Below, piece after piece: positions 40,783 to 50,730 of a stretch of DNA of 64,000 bases. Location of the stretch: positions 62,001-126,000 of the forward strand of contig NZ_SMNA01000010.1 in the NCBI RefSeq assembly GCF_004353825.1, in the 5' to 3' direction. Both the position numbers and the translations under genes were made by a program. The notes beneath the pieces were generated by a model, which was not told the DNA's origin, searched no databases, and saw nothing but the letters and a program-made list of their open reading frames with translations. This DNA is from Occultella glacieicola. GTDB lineage: Bacteria; Actinomycetota; Actinomycetes; Actinomycetales; Beutenbergiaceae. The stretch's first letter is position 1. Each line of letters begins with the position of its first letter.

Positions 40783-40822
40783 TACGATCGAGTAGTTCCG
40801 CCCGGCGTCGTGTGGAGGTTCC

Positions 40823-43800
40823 ATGGGTGTGCTGACCGACTCCGGTGACGTGTCCGCCAGGTCGCAGGATCCGGCGGCGACACCGCTGCGGTTCGTGACG
40901 GCGGCGAGCCTGTTCGACGGCCATGACGCCGCGATCAACATCATGCGCCGCCTCATCCAGGCCGCCGGCGCCGAGGTGGTGCACCTGGGACACAACCGCT
41001 CCGTGGACGACGTGGTCCGGGCCGCCCTCGCCGAGGATGTCGACGCGATCGCGATCTCCTCCTACCAGGGCGGGCACCTGGAGTACTTCCGGTACCTGGT
41101 CGACCGCCTGCGCGAGGCCGACGCCGGCCACGTGCGCGTGTTCGGCGGTGGCGGGGGCACCATCACCCCGGCCGAGATCGCCGAACTCGAGGCCTACGGC
41201 GTCGAACGGATCTATCACCCCGACGACGGCATGCAGCTCGGCCTGCAGGGCATGATCGACGACGTCATCGCCCGCACCCGGGCCCATCGCCGTCCCTCGT
41301 CGATGCCCGACGGCGTCCCGTCCGTCGACGACGACGTCGCCATCGCGCGCACGATCAGCGCCGTCGAGGACGGCGTCCTGGCCGAGCCGGAGCTCGCCGC
41401 CGTCCGGGCCGACTGGGCCGCGGCCGCGGCCGGCCGGGTGGTCCCGGTCCTCGGGGTCACCGGCACCGGCGGCGCCGGCAAGTCCTCGGTGATCGACGAG
41501 CTCCTGATCCGGTTCCTCGCCGCGTTCGACGACCTCCACATCGCGGTGCTGTCCGTCGACCCGACCCGCCGCCGCACCGGCGGAGCCCTGCTCGGCGACC
41601 GGATCCGGATGAACGCCCTGCGCTCGGACCGCATCCACCTGCGCTCGATCGCGACCCGCAGCCGGCACACCTCGACCGCCGCCATGCTCGGGGACTGCAT
41701 CGCCCTGTTGAAGGCCGTCGGCTTCGACCTCGTCATCGTCGAGACCGCGGGCATCGGCCAGTCGGACTCCGCGATCGTGGAGCTCGTGGACCTCCCGGTC
41801 TACGTGATGACCAGCGATTACGGCGCCGCGAGCCAGCTCGAGAAGATCGACATGGTCGACTTCGCGGAACTGATCGTGCTGAACAAGTACGACCGCCGCG
41901 GCGCCCCGGACGCGCTGCGCGACATTCGCAAGCAGTGGCGCCGCAACCGGGTCGCGTTCGACCTCCCGGTCGACCAGGTCCCGGTGCTGCCGACGATCGC
42001 GAGCCAGTTCAACGACCCCGGGGTCACCGCTGTCTTCGAACGGCTGCGGGCGATGCTCGCCGCCCATGTCGAGGCGGCCGACGGCGGAGCCCGCCTCGCG
42101 TTGGACGCTCACCCGGGTGGGGGCGAGGCCGGTGGGGAGCCCCGCTCCGCGGCGCTCATCCCCGGGGCGAGGGTGCGCTACCTCGCCGAGATCGCCGAGG
42201 CCGGTCGTGGTCTGCGCGACCGCGTCGCGCTCGACGTCGAGACCGCGGACGCGGCGCAGGCCTACTGGCGCGCCCTGCGCGACCTCGGGGACCCCGCGCT
42301 GCCCGAGGCCCTCGCGCCCTACCGCACCGCCGACCTCGGCAGTGCCGACCCTGCCCACCATGCCGGCCCAGCCCGCCCCGCGACCGACGGGGCCGTTCGC
42401 ACCGACGGTGCGGACGCCGTCGGGCACTCGACCGAGCAGTCCGATCGACCGACCGCGGCGAGCGTGCCTACGGCCGGCAAGGGCGTCGTCGGGTACCCGA
42501 CCGACCCCACCCTGCTCGCGCTGCGCCGGGCCTACACCTCCGCCGTCGGGCGCCTCGGTGAGGATTCGCGCGAACTCCTGCGCAGCTGGCCCGGCCGGCT
42601 CGCGGCGATCACCGCGGAGACCGGTGGCTACCGGGTCCGGGGCATGGACATCGAGGTGGCGAACCGCTCGACCTCCCTGTCCGGCACGCCGATCCCGAAG
42701 GTCGCCGCGCCGACCTACCGGGGCTGGGGGGACCTGCTCGCCTTCCTGCACCACGAGAACCTGCCGGGTGCGTTCCCGTACACCGGCGGCGTGTACCCGT
42801 ACCGGCGCACCGGGGAGGACCCGACCCGGATGTTCGCCGGCGAGGGCACGCCCGAGCGCACGAACCGGCGGTTCCACTACCTCAGCGCCGGTCAGGAGGT
42901 CGCGCGGCTGTCCACGGCGTTCGACTCGGTGACCCTGTACGGGGAGGACCCGGCCACCCGCCCGGACATCTACGGCAAGGTCGGCAACTCCGGCGTGAAC
43001 GTGCCGACGCTGGACGACATGAAGAAGCTGTACTCCGGTTTCGACCTGTGCGCGCCGACCACGTCGGTGTCGATGACCATCAACGGGCCGGCACCGACGA
43101 TCCTGGCCATGTTCTTCAACGCGGCCATCGACCAGCAGGTCGAGAAGTACCTGAGGGCCGACGGCGAACGGTGGGCGGCCGCGCAGGCTCGCCTCGAGCA
43201 GGTGCGGGGGTCGGCGCCCGTTTACATGGGCGACCTGCCGCCCGGGCACGACGGGCTCGGGCTGGCCCTGCTCGGGGTCACCGGGGACCAGCTCGTGGAC
43301 GCGCAGACGTACGCACGGATCCGGCTCGAGACGCTCGCGGCGGTCCGCGGCACCGTGCAGGCGGACATCCTCAAGGAGGACCAGGCGCAGAACACGTGCA
43401 TCTTCAGCACCGAGTTCGGGCTGCGGATGATGGGGGACATCCAGCAGTACTTCATCGACACCGCGGTGCGGAACTTCTACTCGGTGTCGATCTCGGGCTA
43501 TCACATCGCCGAGGCCGGGGCGAACCCGATCACCCAGCTCGCGTTCACGCTCGCGAACGGGTTCACGATCGTCGAGTACTACCTGGCCCGGGGCATGAGC
43601 ATCGACCAGGTCGCCCCGCACCTGTCGTTCTTCTTCTCCAACGGGATGGACCCCGAGTACGCCGTGATCGGACGCGTCGCGCGGCGGATCTGGGCGCGGG
43701 CGATGCGGGACAACTACGGCGCCGGGCCGCGCAGCCAGATGCTGAAGTACCACGTGCAGACGTCGGGCCGGTCGCTGCACGCGCAGGAGGTGCAGTTCAA

Positions 43801-44449
43801 CGACATCCGCACCACCCTGCAGGCGCTGTACGCGATCTTCGACAACTGCAACAGCCTGCACACGAACGCCTACGACGAGGCCGTCACCACCCCGACAGAG
43901 GAGAGCGTGCGCCGGGCGGTGGCGATCCAGATGATCATCAACGCCGAGCTCGGGCTGAACCGTACCGAGAACCCGTGGCAGGGCAGCTTCATCATCTCCG
44001 AGCTCACGGACCTGGTCGAGGAGGCCGTGTATGCCGAGTTCGAGGCGATCAGCGACCGCGGTGGCGTGCTCGGGGCGATGGAGACGATGTACCAGCGGGG
44101 TCGGATCCAGGACGAGTCGCTGCTGTACGAGACCCGCAAGCACGACGGTTCCCTCCCGATCATCGGCGTGAACACGTTCCTGCCCCGGCAGGACCCGGGC
44201 CGGATCGCGGCTGAGATCGACCTGATCCGCAGCACCACCGCCGAGAAGGAACAGCAGATCACCGAGGTCGCTCAGTGGCAGGGTGCGCGCAACCCCCTGG
44301 CGCCGGCCGCGCTCGAGGATCTGCAGGCCGTCGCGCGCGGCGGCGGCAACCTGTTCGAGGCGCTCATGTCCGCCGTCCGGACGCACTCGCTCGGGCAGAT
44401 CACGCACGCGCTCTACCTGGTCGGCGGGGAGTACCGGCGGAACATGTGA
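40823..44449 (+). CDS. icmF: Fused isobutyryl-CoA mutase / MeaI GTPase
   Basis: B12-binding domain FDGHDAAIN, GTGGAGKSS, ETAGIGQ, RMFAGEG, QADILKEDQAQN; ends GGEYRRNM. Confidence 0.95.
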   Translation: MGVLTDSGDVSARSQDPAATPLRFVTAASLFDGHDAAINIMRRLIQAAGAEVVHLGHNRSVDDVVRAALAEDVDAIAISSYQGGHLEYFRYLVDRLREADAGHVRVFGGGGGTITPAEIAELEAYGVERIYHPDDGMQLGLQGMIDDVIARTRAHRRPSSMPDGVPSVDDDVAIARTISAVEDGVLAEPELAAVRADWAAAAAGRVVPVLGVTGTGGAGKSSVIDELLIRFLAAFDDLHIAVLSVDPTRRRTGGALLGDRIRMNALRSDRIHLRSIATRSRHTSTAAMLGDCIALLKAVGFDLVIVETAGIGQSDSAIVELVDLPVYVMTSDYGAASQLEKIDMVDFAELIVLNKYDRRGAPDALRDIRKQWRRNRVAFDLPVDQVPVLPTIASQFNDPGVTAVFERLRAMLAAHVEAADGGARLALDAHPGGGEAGGEPRSAALIPGARVRYLAEIAEAGRGLRDRVALDVETADAAQAYWRALRDLGDPALPEALAPYRTADLGSADPAHHAGPARPATDGAVRTDGADAVGHSTEQSDRPTAASVPTAGKGVVGYPTDPTLLALRRAYTSAVGRLGEDSRELLRSWPGRLAAITAETGGYRVRGMDIEVANRSTSLSGTPIPKVAAPTYRGWGDLLAFLHHENLPGAFPYTGGVYPYRRTGEDPTRMFAGEGTPERTNRRFHYLSAGQEVARLSTAFDSVTLYGEDPATRPDIYGKVGNSGVNVPTLDDMKKLYSGFDLCAPTTSVSMTINGPAPTILAMFFNAAIDQQVEKYLRADGERWAAAQARLEQVRGSAPVYMGDLPPGHDGLGLALLGVTGDQLVDAQTYARIRLETLAAVRGTVQADILKEDQAQNTCIFSTEFGLRMMGDIQQYFIDTAVRNFYSVSISGYHIAEAGANPITQLAFTLANGFTIVEYYLARGMSIDQVAPHLSFFFSNGMDPEYAVIGRVARRIWARAMRDNYGAGPRSQMLKYHVQTSGRSLHAQEVQFNDIRTTLQALYAIFDNCNSLHTNAYDEAVTTPTEESVRRAVAIQMIINAELGLNRTENPWQGSFIISELTDLVEEAVYAEFEAISDRGGVLGAMETMYQRGRIQDESLLYETRKHDGSLPIIGVNTFLPRQDPGRIAAEIDLIRSTTAEKEQQITEVAQWQGARNPLAPAALEDLQAVARGGGNLFEALMSAVRTHSLGQITHALYLVGGEYRRNM

Positions 44450-44569
44450 GCGGACAGAGGTGCCCATCGCGATGACCCGGCGTCACGGGGGTGCGTACCC
44501 CTAGACTGGGCCGGAAAAATCGAACCGACCGGGTGCGCTCGCGCGTGTTCGGATCTTGAGGGGATCGGC

Positions 44570-46591
44570 ATGGCATATCGCTACAACTCGCCTCCTGGAT
44601 GGCCGACGCCTCCGGAGGGCTGGACGCCACCACCGGGGTGGCAGCCGGACGCGTCGTGGGGACCGGCGCCCGAGGGGTGGCAGTTCTGGCTCGACGAGGA
44701 GACCGGCGCCCCGCCGGCGACTGCCGCGACCGAGGCCGGCGCCGGTGCTGCCGCTGGCGGCGCTGCCGCTGGCGGCGCTGCCGCTGGCGGCGCTGCCGCG
44801 GATGCGATGTCGTCGGACTCGACGGGATCGGGCGCCGGCGCGTTGGACGACTCAGCTGCCATGCCCGACTCGGATGCGACCGTCGTGCGCCCGGCGATGC
44901 CGCCGGCCGGTGCGATGTCCGAGTCGGCCGACGCCTCGCAGGCCCCGGACGCGCCGGGATCCGGCCACCCAGCCGACCCCCCCGATCCCTCCGCGGACTC
45001 GGCGACGCCGCGGTTCGGCGGCGACGCGACGCCGCGGTTCGGGGAGCCCGGAACATCGGACGCTGCCGGCCCGTTGCCGGCGAACGACGAGCCGACCACC
45101 CTCTTCACCCCCGGCGCCCACGTCGCCCAGCCGGAGCAGCCTGGCCAGCACGGTCAGCACAGCCAGCAAGGTCAGCAGACCGATGGGTTCGGCGGTGCCG
45201 GTGGTGCGCCGTCCTACGGGGGCGCAAGTGGTGCGCCCTCGTACGGAGCGGCCAGTGGTGCGCCCTCCTACGGGGACGGGAGTGGTGCGCCCGGCCAGAG
45301 CGACCAGCAGGGCCCCTCCTACGGCGGTGCGGCCGCCGCGGGGGCCGCTGCCGGTGCTGCGGACTCCCAGTTCGGGCCGCCGCCGCCCTCCTACGGCGGT
45401 GAACCGCAGACCCAGGCGTTCGGTCAGACCCCGACCCAGGAGTTCGGTCAGTCACAGGGCCAGCAGTTCGGTCAGGGCGCCGGCCAGCAGCCCGGCCAGT
45501 ACGGCGAGCAGCCCGGCCAGTTTGGCCAGCAGCCCGGCCAGTACGGCCAGGCGTCGGCCGCTCCCGGCTACGGCCAGGGCGCGCAGCAGCCCGGTCAGCA
45601 CGGTCAGTACGGCCAGGCGTCCGCGCCGGGTTATGACCAGTCGGCGGGTCAGTATGGCCAGGCGTCCGCGCCGGGCTACGACCAGTCAGCGGGTCAGTAT
45701 GGCCAGGCGTCCGCGCCGGGCTACGACCAGTCAGCGGGCCAGTACGGCCAGGCCGCGAGCGCCGGCGCTGCGGCTGGCTACGGCGGCGGCCAGCCGCCGT
45801 CGAACAGCATGTACAACTACGCACCCACCTCCGGGCTCGACCAGGGCGGTAGCTCCCCCTACACGACCGGAGCCGCAGGCTACGGCGGCCCGCCCGGGCC
45901 GGGCGCTCCCGGCGGCAAGAACCGGACCGGGCTGATCATCGGGATCATCGCGGCGGTCGTGGTGCTCGCCCTGGTCATCTTCTTTGCGGTCCGGGCGATC
46001 TCGGGCGGCGGCGGCGACACGGACGGCACCCCCACGCCGGAGCCGACCGCGAGCACCGTGGAGCCCACGGACGAGCCGACCGATCAGGCGACCGATGAGC
46101 CGACGGACTCCACCACGGTGGCCCCGCCGTCGGGCGACTTCGCGGACCTCACCGGCTCGGACCCCGCGATCGTGAGCGAGAACGGCGTCCCGGTCGTCGA
46201 GGTCCGGCTGCTCGAGGCGCAGACGAACTGGCAGCCGAGCGGGAACGCGCTGCTGTGCTCCGAGCCCGAGTCCGGGCAGTACCTGGGCCTGCAGTTCGAG
46301 TTCACGACGCTGCCGGAGCTCGCCGACACCGACGACGGGTACTACACGTTCATCGGCTTCGAGCTCGGCGCCCAGACCGCAGCCGGTGGGGAGTTGGAGA
46401 CCAACGCCTTCTCGGGGCTGTTCTGCCTGGACGAGAGCCAGCAGACGCCGTCGGAGATGCAGCCGGGCCAGACCTACACCGGTTGGGCTGTCCTGGACGT
46501 CTCGACCGATGTCGCGTCCGTGACCTGGTCCGACTGGCTGGACTTCACCGGCAACGCGCCGACCTACCGCTGGGTCCTGGCCGACCAGTAG
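44570..46591 (+). CDS. Single-pass membrane protein with N-terminal PPGW motif domain and QYG repeats
   Basis: RYNSPPGWPTPPEGWTPPPGWQPDASWGPAPEGWQFW, GYDQSAGQYGQASAP x3, TM, PT linker and an extracellular domain with a Cys pair. Confidence 0.8.
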   Translation: MAYRYNSPPGWPTPPEGWTPPPGWQPDASWGPAPEGWQFWLDEETGAPPATAATEAGAGAAAGGAAAGGAAAGGAAADAMSSDSTGSGAGALDDSAAMPDSDATVVRPAMPPAGAMSESADASQAPDAPGSGHPADPPDPSADSATPRFGGDATPRFGEPGTSDAAGPLPANDEPTTLFTPGAHVAQPEQPGQHGQHSQQGQQTDGFGGAGGAPSYGGASGAPSYGAASGAPSYGDGSGAPGQSDQQGPSYGGAAAAGAAAGAADSQFGPPPPSYGGEPQTQAFGQTPTQEFGQSQGQQFGQGAGQQPGQYGEQPGQFGQQPGQYGQASAAPGYGQGAQQPGQHGQYGQASAPGYDQSAGQYGQASAPGYDQSAGQYGQASAPGYDQSAGQYGQAASAGAAAGYGGGQPPSNSMYNYAPTSGLDQGGSSPYTTGAAGYGGPPGPGAPGGKNRTGLIIGIIAAVVVLALVIFFAVRAISGGGGDTDGTPTPEPTASTVEPTDEPTDQATDEPTDSTTVAPPSGDFADLTGSDPAIVSENGVPVVEVRLLEAQTNWQPSGNALLCSEPESGQYLGLQFEFTTLPELADTDDGYYTFIGFELGAQTAAGGELETNAFSGLFCLDESQQTPSEMQPGQTYTGWAVLDVSTDVASVTWSDWLDFTGNAPTYRWVLADQ

Positions 46592-46603
46592 GGCCGCCGT
46601 TGT

Positions 46604-46634
46604 GAGGGGCGCCGGGGCACACCTGGCGCCCCTC
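46604..46634 (+). terminator. Hairpin after the membrane protein gene
   Basis: GAGGGGCGCC / GGCGCCCCTC stem. Confidence 0.5.
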
Positions 46635-46654
46635 CCGCATGGAAGGATCGAGTC

Positions 46655-47140
46655 ATGGCATTCCGTGGCATCCGCGTGATCGGTGACCCCGTGCTGCGGA
46701 CCCCGTGCGAGGAGATCACCAGGATCGACGACCGGGTCCGGGCGCTCGTGGCCGACCTGGTCGAGACGGTCGACGCCGAGGGCCGCGCCGGTCTGGCAGC
46801 GAACCAGATCGGGGTCAGCCTGCGGGCGTTCTCCTGGAACCTCGACGGCGAGGTCGGCTACGTCCTGAACCCCCGCCTGGTGAAGGTGTCCGAGGGGATC
46901 CAGGACGGTGACGAGGGCTGCCTCTCGGTGCCCGGCCTGTGGTTCCCGACGCGACGCGCGACGTACGCGAAGGTCGAGGGGATCGACCTTGACGGCGCTG
47001 CGGTGACGGTCGAGGGAGAGGGTCTGATGGCCCGGTGCCTGCAGCACGAAGTGGACCACCTCGACGGCAGGCTGTACCTCGACCGGCTCGACCGTGACGT
47101 CCGCAAGGGGGCCATGCGTCAGGTGCGGGAATTGATGTGA
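46655..47140 (+). CDS. def: Peptide deformylase
   Basis: [15 protein letters not shown] and QHEVDHLDG. Confidence 0.96.
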   Translation: MAFRGIRVIGDPVLRTPCEEITRIDDRVRALVADLVETVDAEGRAGLAANQIGVSLRAFSWNLDGEVGYVLNPRLVKVSEGIQDGDEGCLSVPGLWFPTRRATYAKVEGIDLDGAAVTVEGEGLMARCLQHEVDHLDGRLYLDRLDRDVRKGAMRQVRELM

Positions 47141-47259
47141 GGTGCACAAACGCCCGTCTTTAGGGCATTATGGGCATGGAAGCCGTGTGCATTCCTGAAG
47201 GTGACTGACCGAGATCGTTGGGGAAGACGTATCTCGAACAGAAACAGGAGGGGATGGCA

Positions 47260-47760
47260 ATGACTGGTGTGAGCACCCGCGGCGTCATTTTCGTGCACTC
47301 CGCACCCCGGGCCCTGTGCCCGCACGTGGAGTGGGCAGCAGGCTCCGTGCTGGATGCGCGCGCGTCCTTCGACTGGACCCCGCAGCCGGCCGCGCCGGAC
47401 CTGTTCCGCGCCGAGTTGTCCTGGACCGGGCCCGCCGGCACCGGCGCACGCCTCGCCTCCGCTCTGCGGGGCTGGACCCACCTGCGCTACGAGGTCACCG
47501 AGGAGCCCAGCCTCGGCGTCGACGGCGGCCGCTGGAGCCACACCCCGGACCTCGGCATCTTCCACGCCCAGGTGGACGTGCACGGCAACGTGGTGGTTCC
47601 GGAGGACCGGATCCGTGCCGCGATGGCACACGCCGAGGAGCCGGCGCGGATGAAGCACGAACTCGACCTGGCCCTGGGACAGGCCTGGGACGACGAGCTC
47701 GAACCGTTCCGGTACGCCGGCGCCGGCGTACCGGTGCGCTGGCTCCACCGGGTCGGCTGA
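47260..47760 (+). CDS. DUF3145 family protein
   Basis: TRGVIFVHSAPRALCPHVEWA, LRYEVTEEP and WDDELEPFR. Usual neighbour of fabF. Confidence 0.9.
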   Translation: MTGVSTRGVIFVHSAPRALCPHVEWAAGSVLDARASFDWTPQPAAPDLFRAELSWTGPAGTGARLASALRGWTHLRYEVTEEPSLGVDGGRWSHTPDLGIFHAQVDVHGNVVVPEDRIRAAMAHAEEPARMKHELDLALGQAWDDELEPFRYAGAGVPVRWLHRVG

Positions 47761-47790
47761 CGCGCCGCCCGCGCACCGCGCCCCAGAATC

Positions 47791-47895
47791 CGCTGAGATC
47801 GCACCTGAGCACCTGAGATCGCACTGTGCGCCAGTGCGATCTCAGGTGCTCAGGTGCGATCTCAGCGACAGAGCGGCCCAGGTGCGATCTCAGCG
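47791..47895. repeat. Perfect 36-bp inverted repeat built from CTGAGATCGCAC units, plus an extra unit
   Basis: 47791-47826 is the exact reverse complement of 47832-47867. Extra CAGGTGCGATCTCAGCG at 47879-47895. Confidence 0.9.
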
Positions 47896-47905
47896 CCAGA
47901 GCGGG

Positions 47906-49150
47906 TCAGGCGTTCGTGAACACCAGGGTGGCGTTGTGCCCGCCGAACCCGAACCCGTTGTTGACGGCGGCGATGTCGCCGTCGCGCAGCGCACGGGGCG
48001 AATCCCGGACCAGGTCGATGGGGAGATCCGGTTCCGGGTCGGAGACGTTGATCGTGGGCGGGGCCTGCCGGTCCACGATCGCCATGATCGTGAAGATCGA
48101 CTCCAGCGCCCCGGCTCCGCCGAGCAGGTGCCCGGTCATCGACTTCGTGGCCGAGACGGTCACGTGGTCCGCGTCGTCGCCGAGGGCGCGGCGCATCGCC
48201 TTGGCCTCGACGCCGTCACCCGCGGGGGTGGAGGTGGCGTGCGCGTTGACATGCACCACGTCCGCGGCGCTCACGCCGGCGTTCGCCAGGGCGAGCCGGA
48301 AGGCCCGCTCCTGCCCGGCGCCGGTCGGGTCGGGAGGTGCCACGTCGTAGGCGTCCGACGTCATGCCGAGGCCGGCCACCCGGGCGTAGATCCGCGCACC
48401 GCGGGCGATCGCGTGGTCCTCGCGCTCGAGCACGATGACACCGGCGCCCTCGCCGAGCACGAACCCGTCCCGGTTCACGTCGTAGGGGCGCGAGGCGCCG
48501 GCCGGGTCGTCGTTGCGGGTGGACAGGGCCTGCATCTTCGCGAACGAGGCGATCGGCAAGGGGTGGATGGCGGCCTCGGTGCCGCCGGCGACCACCACGT
48601 CTGCCCGGCCGGTGCGGATCATCTCCAGGCCGTAGCCGATGGCCTCGGCACCGGAGGCGCACGCGGACACCGGCGTGTGTGCGCCGGCCTTCGCGCCGAC
48701 CTCGATCGACACGTACGCGGCGGGGGAGTTCGGCATCAGCATCGGGACTGTCAGCGGGAGCACCCGCCGCACGCCCTTGTCCCGGATGGTGTCCCAGGCG
48801 TTCACGAGCGTGATGACCCCGCCGATGCCGGAGGCGATCACGGCACCGATGCGTTCGCCGGGAAGTTCAGGCGACCCGGCGTCCGCCCAGGCCTCGCGGG
48901 CCGCGATCATCGCGAACTGCGCGCTGGGGTCCATCCGGCGGGTCTCGGGCCGGGAGAGGATCTCCTCGGCGGGCACGGCCAACTGGCCGGCGAAGGTCAC
49001 GGGCAGTTCGTACTGGCTCACCCAGTCCTGTTCGAGGGTACGCACGCCGGATTTGCCGGCGAGGGCGGCGGCCCAGCTCGTGGGGACGTCACCACCGAGC
49101 GGTGAGGTCGTTCCGAGGCCCGTCACAACTACGTTCGGCTGATCGCTCAT
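47906..49150 (-). CDS. fabF: 3-oxoacyl-ACP synthase II
   Basis: SACASG, HVNAHATST, GHLLGGAG and GFGFGGHN. Confidence 0.96.
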   Translation of the reverse strand: MSDQPNVVVTGLGTTSPLGGDVPTSWAAALAGKSGVRTLEQDWVSQYELPVTFAGQLAVPAEEILSRPETRRMDPSAQFAMIAAREAWADAGSPELPGERIGAVIASGIGGVITLVNAWDTIRDKGVRRVLPLTVPMLMPNSPAAYVSIEVGAKAGAHTPVSACASGAEAIGYGLEMIRTGRADVVVAGGTEAAIHPLPIASFAKMQALSTRNDDPAGASRPYDVNRDGFVLGEGAGVIVLEREDHAIARGARIYARVAGLGMTSDAYDVAPPDPTGAGQERAFRLALANAGVSAADVVHVNAHATSTPAGDGVEAKAMRRALGDDADHVTVSATKSMTGHLLGGAGALESIFTIMAIVDRQAPPTINVSDPEPDLPIDLVRDSPRALRDGDIAAVNNGFGFGGHNATLVFTNA

Positions 49151-49185
49151 CTACGTGACTCCAAGACTATGAACGGGGGTGGCCG

Positions 49186-49216
49186 CGCCGGGCGTGCGGG
49201 TCACGCACGCCCGGCG
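49186..49216 (-). terminator. Hairpin between acpP and fabF
   Basis: CGCCGGGCGTGCG / CGCACGCCCGGCG, 13-bp stem. Confidence 0.6.
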
Positions 49217-49239
49217 GCAACCAGGGGTCGGGACGAGGT

Positions 49240-49488
49240 TCAGGCCTGGGCCTGCGCGATGAAGCTCACGGCGTCGCCGACGGTGTTGAGGTTCTTGACC
49301 TCTTCGTCCGGGATCCGGACCTCGAACTTCTCCTCGGCCAGGGTGACGATCGTCATCATCGACAGCGAGTCGATGTCGAGGTCATCGGTGAACGACTTGT
49401 CCTTCTGGACGGCGTCCGCGGGCAGTCCCGTCTCGTCGTTCACGATCTCGGCCAGACCGGCCAGGATGTCCTCTTCGCTGTGCGCCAT
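49240..49488 (-). CDS. acpP: Acyl carrier protein
   Basis: DLDIDSLSM phosphopantetheine site. Confidence 0.97.
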   Translation of the reverse strand: MAHSEEDILAGLAEIVNDETGLPADAVQKDKSFTDDLDIDSLSMMTIVTLAEEKFEVRIPDEEVKNLNTVGDAVSFIAQAQA

Positions 49489-49606
49489 GCTTGCTCCATT
49501 CTCAGGGTTTCATACGGGTGGGGACCAGTGTCCCCGACGCCACGGTGGCGGTGCCACTGCGGCGCGCTGGGCCGCCCCGACTCGGGTCGGACGAGCCCCA
49601 GCAGGA

Positions 49607-50662
49607 TCAGGGCAGGACCACGACCTGCGCGGCGTAGGCCAGCCCGGCACCGAAGCCGATCTGCAGGGCGATGTCCCCGCCCTTCGCCTGGCCCTCGCGG
49701 AGCAGGCGCTCGGTGGCCAGCGGGATGGACGCGGCCGAGGTGTTGCCGGTGTCGGCGATGTCGCGGCCGACCACGATGTCCTCGCGGAACTTGATCAGCT
49801 TCAGCAGCTGGTCGGTGATCCGCATGTTCGCCTGGTGCGGGATGAACACGTCGATGTCCTCGAGCTGCAGGCCGGCGGCGTCCACGGCGCGGCGGGCGAT
49901 GTTGGGCATCGAGGAGATGACCCACTTGAACACGGTCGGGCCCAGCTGGCGCAGCGTCGGAGTGGTCATCTGGGAGACCTCCTCGGCGGTCTCCGGGGTC
50001 TCCGGGACCGGCTCGCCGAGCTCCTCGCGGCGATAGTCCAGCCAGGAGTGCGTCTGGTAGATGACCGACGACTGCGAACCGTCGCTGCCCCAGACGGTCG
50101 GTCCGATACCCGGGGTGTCCGAGCGGCCGACCACGGCAGCGCCCGCGCCGTCACCGAGCAGGAAGGAGATCGTGCGGTCGGTCGGGTCGATGAAGTCGCT
50201 CATCTTCTCGACGCCGATCACGAGCACGTTCTCCGCGGTCCCGGCCCGCACCAGCGCGTCGGCCTGTGCGATCCCGTAGCAGTAGCCGGCGCAGGCCGCG
50301 GACACGTCGTAGGCCGGCGCCGGGGTGGCGCCGATGGCGTCGGTCACGATCGTGGCGAGCGAGGGGGTCTGCTCGAAGTGGGTCACGGTCGAGACCAGCA
50401 CGGCGTCGAGGTCCGACCCGGTGAGCCCGGCCTTGTCGAGGGCGTCGTTCGCCGCGTCGACCGCGAGATCCTTGATCGTGACGCCCGTGGCGGCCCGCGC
50501 CCGCGTCCGGATGCCGGTGCGCTGCTGGATCCACTCGTCGGAGGAGTTGATCGGGCCGACGATGTCGTCGTTGGGGACGAGCTCGCTGCCACGCGAACCC
50601 CCGACGGCGAGGATGCGGCTACCGAGGACTGGCGTGGGTTGCGCGAGGGTCGGCTTGGTCAT
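49607..50662 (-). CDS. fabH: 3-oxoacyl-ACP synthase III
   Basis: SAACAGY, HQANMRI and GNTSAASIP. Confidence 0.96.
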   Translation of the reverse strand: MTKPTLAQPTPVLGSRILAVGGSRGSELVPNDDIVGPINSSDEWIQQRTGIRTRARAATGVTIKDLAVDAANDALDKAGLTGSDLDAVLVSTVTHFEQTPSLATIVTDAIGATPAPAYDVSAACAGYCYGIAQADALVRAGTAENVLVIGVEKMSDFIDPTDRTISFLLGDGAGAAVVGRSDTPGIGPTVWGSDGSQSSVIYQTHSWLDYRREELGEPVPETPETAEEVSQMTTPTLRQLGPTVFKWVISSMPNIARRAVDAAGLQLEDIDVFIPHQANMRITDQLLKLIKFREDIVVGRDIADTGNTSAASIPLATERLLREGQAKGGDIALQIGFGAGLAYAAQVVVLP

Positions 50663-50730
50663 CGGGGCTCCTGAGTGGTCGGGTCGTGCGGAAGGGGAGG
50701 TGGCGGCCGGGGTGGGCCGGCGCAGGCCGG

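Noticed and set aside
40655..44467. 1270-aa minus-strand ORF and the many other long antisense or alternate-frame ORFs (e.g. 1848-4274, 26760-29012, 30662-32794, 37908-39563)
   Set aside because: Shadow ORFs of real high-GC genes. They are Arg/Gly/Pro-rich, carry no motifs, and overlap well-supported CDSs.
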